Origin: a candidate division WWE3 bacterium
GTDB taxonomy: Bacteria; Patescibacteriota; WWE3; UBA101185; UBA10185
Direction of reading: 5' to 3'
Length of the DNA stretch: 64,000 nucleotides
Assembly (NCBI GenBank): GCA_003599255.1
Contig: QZJF01000021.1
Span: forward strand, 2,287 to 66,286
Every line of letters begins with the position of its first letter. Positions within the stretch are counted from its first letter, which is position 1. This document shows positions 57,587 to 64,000 of this stretch, one piece after another. Under the pieces are notes generated by a model that was not told where the DNA came from, made no database searches, and was given only the letters and a program-made list of their open reading frames with translations. Both the position numbers and the translations under genes were made by a program.

Positions 57587-59686
57587 TTAGGACTTATTTA
57601 CCTTCGCCGGTGTAATAATATTGATTTTTAGACTGTCGTCTTTTGCCGTTACCCTAACCTCATCGTTTGTAACCAAATCTCCTGAAATAATTTTTTCCGA
57701 TAACACATTTTCGAGTTCTTTTTGAATAAATCTTCTCAAAGGTCTAGCTCCGTATTCTTCGCTGTAACCGTGATCCGCTAGTAACTTTACCGCCTTTTCA
57801 TCGACTTCCAGTCTAATGTTCTGCTCTTGCAAAAGTTTTTTTGTTTTTTTGACGAGTCTTCTGGAGATTTCAACTATATCGTCTTTAGTGAGATTAGAAA
57901 AAATTATTATTTCATCGATCCTGTTCAAGAATTCAGGCTTGAAGGCATCCTTCAATATTCCGAAAATCTTACGTTCAAAATCAAGCTTATCCTGATCTTT
58001 TGATTTCTCTTCTCCTTTTTCAAAACCGATGTCTTTTCTTCGGAGAAGTTCTGAACCAACGTTGGAGGTCATGATGATTATTGTATTCTTGAAATCCACT
58101 GTTCTACCTTTGCTATCGGTCAGACGTCCGTCTTCCATAATCTGCAACAATGCGTTAAACGTATCTGGATGTGCCTTCTCGATCTCATCCAGCAAAATAA
58201 TCGAAAACGGTTTCTTCCTGACTACTTCCGTCAAGTTTCCGCCCTGATCATATCCGACGTATCCCGGAGGCGCACCTATCATCTTACTGACAGAATGTTT
58301 CTCCATATACTCACTCATATCAAGTCTTACAATCATCTCTTCATTTCCGTATAGGGCTTCCGCCAAAGTTTTGGCCAATTCTGTTTTTCCTACACCTGTG
58401 GGACCCAAGAATAAAAAAGTACCTATAGGGCGTTTGGGGTCTTTTAGTCCCGCTCTGGATCTTCTAATAGCCTCTGTGAGCACTTTTACTGCTTCTTCCT
58501 GTCCAACTATCCTTTCGAAGATTCTTTTGTCCAGATTGATAAGCCTTTCCCTTTCTTCAACACTTAACCTTTCCAGCGGAATTCCGGTTGCCCGCGAGAC
58601 TACCTTCACCACATTATCTTCGGTAACGTCAGGAATATCCTCCAATTTTGTTCTGGTCCATATCTCCACAAGCTCTGTCTTGACCTTCTCTAGTTCCTCT
58701 ATCCTATTTAGAATCTCCTTCTTTTCCTCATCAGGCAAATCCGCTCTACTTCTATTTTTCAATTCAGCAAGTTCTTCTTCAACATTTCTAAGATTCTCTG
58801 GCTCTTTTACCTGAGACAGACGGACCAACGCAGAGGCTTCGTCTATTAAATCTATAGCTTTGTCAGGAAGAAACCTGTCGCTTATATACCTGTCACTCAT
58901 CTTAACCGAAGCTTCAATAGCCTCATCGGTTATACGTACATGATGATGCTTTTCGTATCGCTCTCTTAAACCTTTGATTATATCAACAGTCTCTTCAGTT
59001 GAGGGTTCGTTAACCATTATCGGCTGAAATCTTCTTTCAAGCGCCGCATCTTTTTCAATATACTTTCTGTATTCGTCTATCGTTGTGGCACCTACCATTT
59101 GTAGTTCTCCTCTTGCGAGGGCCGGTTTGAGAATATTTGCAGCGTCCATTGAACCTTCTGCGGAACCCGCACCTACAACCGTATGCAACTCATCTACAAA
59201 CAGGATTATTTGTCCCGATGCTGTAATCACTTCCTGAATGATATCTTTGATTCTGGCTTCAAACATACCTCTGTGAGATGTACCTGCAATAATTGAAGCT
59301 ATATCAAGGGCGAAAACCCGTTTTCCTCGAAGTGGTTCAGGAACTTGTCCGTTGATAATTTTTTGAGCGAGACCCTCTACTATAGCAGTCTTACCGACAC
59401 CGGGATCTCCTATCAGTACCGGATTGTTTTTTGTTCTTCTGGAAAGTATGTGAATTACACGTTCAATTTCGTTTTTTCTTCCGATAACAGGATCAAGTTT
59501 GCCTTCACGGGCAAGCTGTGTAAGATCTCTTCCGAATTTATCCAATTTTGAAGCAGTTGTATTTGTTTCTTTCATAAGCTCGTTGTAACAAACCTCACAT
59601 AAAGCCATATAAACTTGCTTGCCTTCAACTATTCTATTTATTGGAATTTTGGCAGGACGTTGTCCGCACCTATGACATAAAACCAT
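57587..59686 (-). CDS. ATP-dependent Clp ATPase, ClpE-like (N-terminal zinc ribbon plus two AAA+ modules)
   Basis: N-terminal CHRCG ... CEVC ClpX-type zinc-binding domain; Walker A GDPGVGKT and GPTGVGKT; coiled-coil linker. Confidence 0.85.
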   Translation of the reverse strand: MVLCHRCGQRPAKIPINRIVEGKQVYMALCEVCYNELMKETNTTASKLDKFGRDLTQLAREGKLDPVIGRKNEIERVIHILSRRTKNNPVLIGDPGVGKTAIVEGLAQKIINGQVPEPLRGKRVFALDIASIIAGTSHRGMFEARIKDIIQEVITASGQIILFVDELHTVVGAGSAEGSMDAANILKPALARGELQMVGATTIDEYRKYIEKDAALERRFQPIMVNEPSTEETVDIIKGLRERYEKHHHVRITDEAIEASVKMSDRYISDRFLPDKAIDLIDEASALVRLSQVKEPENLRNVEEELAELKNRSRADLPDEEKKEILNRIEELEKVKTELVEIWTRTKLEDIPDVTEDNVVKVVSRATGIPLERLSVEERERLINLDKRIFERIVGQEEAVKVLTEAIRRSRAGLKDPKRPIGTFLFLGPTGVGKTELAKTLAEALYGNEEMIVRLDMSEYMEKHSVSKMIGAPPGYVGYDQGGNLTEVVRKKPFSIILLDEIEKAHPDTFNALLQIMEDGRLTDSKGRTVDFKNTIIIMTSNVGSELLRRKDIGFEKGEEKSKDQDKLDFERKIFGILKDAFKPEFLNRIDEIIIFSNLTKDDIVEISRRLVKKTKKLLQEQNIRLEVDEKAVKLLADHGYSEEYGARPLRRFIQKELENVLSEKIISGDLVTNDEVRVTAKDDSLKINIITPAKVNKS

Positions 59687-59746
59687 TAATTTATTTTAGC
59701 ATAAATTAGCACTCGCACAAGTAGTCTGCTACTACAGGTCGTAACA

Positions 59747-61594
59747 TCAATGCTCCCACTCATCGCCTACAAATGGATCGGAACGTATCTGAACATTTTT
59801 AATAAAAAGCTTGGCTGCTCGTACCATTTCCTCGGATTGTACTTCTGCCCAGTCCTGAGCTTGATCTTCACGCACTTCGGTTACAATCTCGTCATGTACT
59901 GTTAATGTGATTTCGCCATCTACTTTATCCTTTTTTATCCTTTCCTGAATAAACACAAGGGCGTACTTGATAGCATCCGCATTCGTTCCCTGGATCGGGT
60001 GATTTTTGGCTTCTCTCTCAATTTGAGCCTGCTTTCTTCGAAATTCCGGGTCGTCTCTTTCCGGCTTGTGGTACCAGCGTTTTCTACCCGCCGGAGTAAT
60101 ACTCCAGCCATTGCGGACAGCCTCTTTTGCAACTTTGTCTAAATAAGCTCTTACACCAGGGTAGCTCGAGAAGTATCTGTTCATGTAGTCCTCTCCTTCT
60201 TCTTTTGTGAACTTCCTGTTTGTTTCCAGCTCTAATCTTCCAGCTAATCCGACAGGGCCCATACCGTACATTAAACCAAATCCTATCGGCTTGGCTATTT
60301 GACGAAGATCAGGGTACTTCTTTTTAAAATCATCAGTATATTCTTTTCCGAACATAAGCGATGCAGTGTATGAGTGTATGTCCAAACCACTGTTCAGTGC
60401 GCTAATCATCTTTGCATCTTTCGAAAACTCGGCCAAAATTCTCATCTCAAAATTCGAATAATCTGCTACAACTAATTTGTAGCCCGGACGCGGATTGAAA
60501 CAAGTCCTAAATTGAACCTCTTCGGAATTTCTCGGTATTTGCTGTAAATTGGGATTATTGCACGAGAATCTGCCTGTAGCTGTACCGAGTTGATTAAACT
60601 CAGGATGAATTCTTCCTGTTTTAGGATTAATTTTTTGCAGCAAACTATCTCCGAATGCTGATACCAATTTCTCATAAGCTCTGTAGTCTCTTAAAATCTT
60701 AGCCACAGGGTGATCTGTGCCCGCTAAGATTGCATCACCGGTCGAGGGAATGTTTAGCTTAAGCCTGTTGTTAAACAGGTCCATCAACTGTACTTGGCTG
60801 TTCATGTTTATTAAATCAGTATGATTGCCAAATAAGTCTATTGATGATGCTACAAAGTATGGCTTTATGGCCTCCTGAAATTGTTTCGCGTAAATATCTC
60901 TCTTTTCTCCCAAATTCTTTATGATACTGCTCCATTTTTCTTTATTAATATAAATACCTGCCATCTCCATGTTTCCGACTACGCGGGTCACTGCAAATTC
61001 AAGTTTTCCAATATTTATCAACCCGTTGTTGCGTAACTGTTCAAGCTGCGCCTCAAAAACAGGGAACATTATCAGTGTATCAACTGCTGCATACTTTAGC
61101 TGCGATTCATCGAGCTTTGTTTTAGCCGTAACTCTCTCAAAGGTTCCCCGAACTTCTTTTTTTAGTTCTATGCCTGTGTATTTCTTAACTAAATCTTTTA
61201 AACTGTAATATGCTTTTCCAACCCCTGAGTTAAGTACAGCTTCGGTCAACATGGTATCAAATATGTTATCCAGTTCAATTCCTGTTTTAGCTTTAATATA
61301 TTTGTAATCAAATTTACCGTTGTGCAAAATCTTAATAATCTTTTTATTCTCAAGAAATTTTTTGAAACGCTCGTTGTCACTTACATCAATTTTTCTTACG
61401 TCAAAGATATAACTTATATGAGGTGTAGCAATCTGGATTATGATTAAATACCCTGTAATAGGGTCCAAACTTGTAGCTTCAACGTCAACCGCTACAACTT
61501 TTTCTTTTTCTAGAAATTCCAGTGCAGTGTGTAGCTGGTCTTCCTGAACAATGTATTCGTATCTAGGATTTTCCGGATCAAATCTTAATTCCAT
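59747..61594 (-). CDS. polA: DNA polymerase I, Klenow-like (3'-5' exo plus polymerase; no 5'-3' nuclease domain)
   Basis: DEDD exo motifs near the N-terminus (VDVEATSL), family A pol motifs (RQIAKPIGFGLMYG motif B, VHDEIV motif C); 615 aa. Confidence 0.85.
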   Translation of the reverse strand: MELRFDPENPRYEYIVQEDQLHTALEFLEKEKVVAVDVEATSLDPITGYLIIIQIATPHISYIFDVRKIDVSDNERFKKFLENKKIIKILHNGKFDYKYIKAKTGIELDNIFDTMLTEAVLNSGVGKAYYSLKDLVKKYTGIELKKEVRGTFERVTAKTKLDESQLKYAAVDTLIMFPVFEAQLEQLRNNGLINIGKLEFAVTRVVGNMEMAGIYINKEKWSSIIKNLGEKRDIYAKQFQEAIKPYFVASSIDLFGNHTDLINMNSQVQLMDLFNNRLKLNIPSTGDAILAGTDHPVAKILRDYRAYEKLVSAFGDSLLQKINPKTGRIHPEFNQLGTATGRFSCNNPNLQQIPRNSEEVQFRTCFNPRPGYKLVVADYSNFEMRILAEFSKDAKMISALNSGLDIHSYTASLMFGKEYTDDFKKKYPDLRQIAKPIGFGLMYGMGPVGLAGRLELETNRKFTKEEGEDYMNRYFSSYPGVRAYLDKVAKEAVRNGWSITPAGRKRWYHKPERDDPEFRRKQAQIEREAKNHPIQGTNADAIKYALVFIQERIKKDKVDGEITLTVHDEIVTEVREDQAQDWAEVQSEEMVRAAKLFIKNVQIRSDPFVGDEWEH

Positions 61595-61622
61595 TCTCCC
61601 TGTATGATACCAGATATATGTT

Positions 61623-62939
61623 TTAAGCTTGGAAAACTTCCGTTATTATCTTTCTTGAAGTCTGAGGGTCGGCTTTACCCTTTGTTTCGCGCATAACCTG
61701 TCCTAATATAAATTCCACAGAGTTAGACTTACCGTTTTTAAAGTCCTGAACTGCCGTAGGATTTTTCTGAATAATCCCGGAAATAATTTTCATCAATTCA
61801 TCTTTATCAGTGATCTTATTTTCTGACTCTTTAACTTTTGCCACAAATTCTTTAGGAGTATACTCCCGAAATTCAGGTTTATTTACAATTAATGCTGCGG
61901 CTGTTTTTGCGGAGACCCCTGAACTTATTATTTCAGAAAGAAGAATTGCATACCCGGAATTATTATAATAAGACATAAACTCAGCCTCGTTAGGTGCTAA
62001 CCCCATTTCAAGATATTTCTGATATTTTTCATGGGGAAGCACAGGTATTTTTGACTTTAAATTTTCAATATAACTCTTATCAAAACTCATTGGCGGAATG
62101 TCAGGTTCAGGAAAATATCTATAATCTTCGGCTTGTTCCTTGTTTCTCTGAGATACGGTCTTACCTGTAACTTCGTTGAATCCCCTATTTTCCTGTTGAA
62201 CACTTTCTCCTTTACTCAATAATGAATATTGTCTTTCAATCTCTGCTCTGACAGCCTTTTCCATAAATCTGAAAGAGTTAATGTTTTTTATTTCAACCTT
62301 ATATTTGGGGAGTTCATTTCTTTCTTCCATTTCAGGAGTTCTAAGCGAAATGTTTGCTTCCAATCTTAACTGTCCTTTTTCCATATCAACGTCTCCTATT
62401 TCTAAAGTCCTAACAACTTCCTGAATCCTTTTTCCGAATTCAACCGCATCCTCAATATTTCTAAAACATGGGGTAGTTACAATTTCGACAAGGGGCATCC
62501 CGGATTTATTAAAGTCAACCAATGTTTTTGATCCCTCGTGGATAGATTTAGCGGTATCCTCTTCTAAATGGATTCTCTCTAGCACAACTTCAAAACCCGA
62601 ATTTAATTTGACTGTACCGCCCTCACAAAGAGGAAGTTTATATTGACTGATTTGATAACCTTTGGGTAAATCAGGATAAGAATAGTGCTTTCTGTCAAAC
62701 CTGGAGTCCGGATTTATTTTGCACCCGAACGCTATACCAAGTATCTGTGCTTTCATAACAGCTTCGGAATTGGGCACAGGAAGAGCTCCCGGCAATCCTA
62801 AACAAGTAGGACATACATGGGTATTTGGATCTGCCTCATAAATATCAGCATCGCATCTGCAAAACATTTTTGTTTTTGTTCTCAGGTGTAAATGTATTTC
62901 TAAACCCAAAACGAGTCGATATTCATCCATATTTTTCAT
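61623..62939 (-). CDS. gatB: Asp-tRNA(Asn)/Glu-tRNA(Gln) amidotransferase subunit B
   Basis: GLEIHLHL...K.FC.C N-terminal signature, GatB/YqeY C-terminal domain. Confidence 0.9.
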   Translation of the reverse strand: MKNMDEYRLVLGLEIHLHLRTKTKMFCRCDADIYEADPNTHVCPTCLGLPGALPVPNSEAVMKAQILGIAFGCKINPDSRFDRKHYSYPDLPKGYQISQYKLPLCEGGTVKLNSGFEVVLERIHLEEDTAKSIHEGSKTLVDFNKSGMPLVEIVTTPCFRNIEDAVEFGKRIQEVVRTLEIGDVDMEKGQLRLEANISLRTPEMEERNELPKYKVEIKNINSFRFMEKAVRAEIERQYSLLSKGESVQQENRGFNEVTGKTVSQRNKEQAEDYRYFPEPDIPPMSFDKSYIENLKSKIPVLPHEKYQKYLEMGLAPNEAEFMSYYNNSGYAILLSEIISSGVSAKTAAALIVNKPEFREYTPKEFVAKVKESENKITDKDELMKIISGIIQKNPTAVQDFKNGKSNSVEFILGQVMRETKGKADPQTSRKIITEVFQA

Positions 62940-62941
62940 TC

Positions 62942-63646
62942 TTAAATGTGATTAATGTCTTTTAATACAACCTTGGTCATCTGCATTCTATCAAAGGAAA
63001 GCATGAATTCAACAACTTTGGACACTTCCGAGGGATCCAGGCTATTGCTCATATCTTTTTCGATTCCCGCGTTCTTAAAAAGATTGGTGTTAATAAGACT
63101 TGGGTAAATACCCAATACCGAAATTCCAAAACCCGATAGTTCGGCATTTAAGGATTCCGTAAAGCCTGTAATTGCCCATTTCGAAGCATTGTATATAGAC
63201 CTTTCAGCTTTTCCTGTGAGTCCCGCTGTTGAAATCACATTTAAAATTACTCCGCTTTTGTGGGATTTCATGCTGGGAACCACTGCCCTGCTAAAGTACA
63301 TGGTTCCAAGTGTATTAACTTCAATCGTCTTTTTTATCAAGTCATATGCATAACTATCAATAGGACCTGTAAGCATTACTCCCGCATTGTTGATCAAAAC
63401 ATCTATATGTTTAAAATTTTCCAAAAGAACATTTATCAAAGCGTCAATCTGATCGGGATTTGAAACATCACAATGGTAAAACTCGGCCCCGACGCTCTCA
63501 GCTGTTTCCTTTAGTTCATTTTCATCCAAATCTATAAGAATTAATTTGTATCCGGGATTACCGCTGAGTTGGACTGCAATTTCTTTACCCAAACCTTGCG
63601 CGGCTCCGGTAACTACGATATTTTTCTTATTATCTGTCATATTCAT
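62942..63646 (-). CDS. SDR family oxidoreductase
   Basis: TGAAQGLG cofactor motif, NNAG, catalytic YNASK. Confidence 0.8.
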   Translation of the reverse strand: MNMTDNKKNIVVTGAAQGLGKEIAVQLSGNPGYKLILIDLDENELKETAESVGAEFYHCDVSNPDQIDALINVLLENFKHIDVLINNAGVMLTGPIDSYAYDLIKKTIEVNTLGTMYFSRAVVPSMKSHKSGVILNVISTAGLTGKAERSIYNASKWAITGFTESLNAELSGFGISVLGIYPSLINTNLFKNAGIEKDMSNSLDPSEVSKVVEFMLSFDRMQMTKVVLKDINHI

Positions 63647-64000
63647 AAACGCATGCCTAATCTGTATAAGGCATCCTTTAAATCCGAAATGGCTTCTTTA
63701 ATAATGTAATGTGGGGGTTCGTAGCCTGTTTCATGCACGAGATTATTCCTTATTTTATGTGCATCCCACACTTTGCCATAAGTAAATTTATCAAATTTTG
63801 GTTTTGCATTTTTGAGTCTCTCCCCCATGGTTTCTCCGGGAACTAACTCTCTTAGGGCATTATCAAGTGTCTTATCCGCAGATATTAAAGCCTGCCGTAA
63901 TTGTGAGGGTGAACCTGCTTTTATAAGTTCGGAAATTTTCGCCCATTCATCTTTTATACGCCTTTCAGTGTTTATGCTGATTGAGCTATAACCGGCAGAA
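63643..64000 (-). CDS. hypothetical protein, C-terminal part only (gene runs off window end)
   Basis: Open minus-strand frame from window edge to the stop at 63643; contains an RNNLVH (Rx4H) motif; the ORF-track 61-aa ORF is its C-terminal tail. Confidence 0.5.
   Translation of the reverse strand, partial: SAGYSSISINTERRIKDEWAKISELIKAGSPSQLRQALISADKTLDNALRELVPGETMGERLKNAKPKFDKFTYGKVWDAHKIRNNLVHETGYEPPHYIIKEAISDLKDALYRLGMRL

Noticed and set aside
1-64000. CRISPR arrays, rRNA operons, IS elements/transposases, integrases
   Set aside because: No regularly spaced direct repeats, no rRNA-like conserved stretches, and no recognisable transposase/integrase motifs (DDE, tyrosine recombinase R..H..Y) were seen; the GC-rich islets lack an adjacent integrase.

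Overview
64 kb window from a low-GC (~35-38%) compact bacterial genome whose gene content resembles a Patescibacteria/CPR-type organism, using the standard genetic code. TAA and TGA stop codons are used throughout, and ribosome-binding sites (AGGAGG-type) are frequent. Contents in order: (1) two MacAB-like tripartite efflux loci on the minus strand, the second with tandem duplicated FtsX permeases. (2) A dTDP-sugar operon containing rfbA, rfbB and a NUDIX hydrolase. (3) A minus-strand tRNA cluster with tRNA-Phe, Gly, Leu(GAG), Leu(CAG), Lys(CTT) and Arg(TCG), plus an odd tRNA-like gene carrying a UUA anticodon. (4) Envelope genes: dgkA, a PAP2 phosphatase, a GT39/ArnT-like glycosyltransferase, an amidase, a pilin and an SPFH protein. 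(5) Housekeeping genes: leuS, map, rarA, tgt, rsmI, rpmG, rplS, gatB, a polA lacking the 5'-3' exonuclease, a ClpE-like ATPase, a short Rel/SpoT, a HelD-like helicase and two P-type ATPases. (6) A CdaA-CdaR fusion flanked by GC-rich (~48-58%) islets of unknown genes, one of them directly 3' of tRNA-Glu; further GC-rich orphan genes sit next to tRNA-Arg and next to a roughly 600-nt ORF-free, GC-enriched intergenic segment that may be a structured RNA. No CRISPR array, rRNA or obvious transposase was seen.
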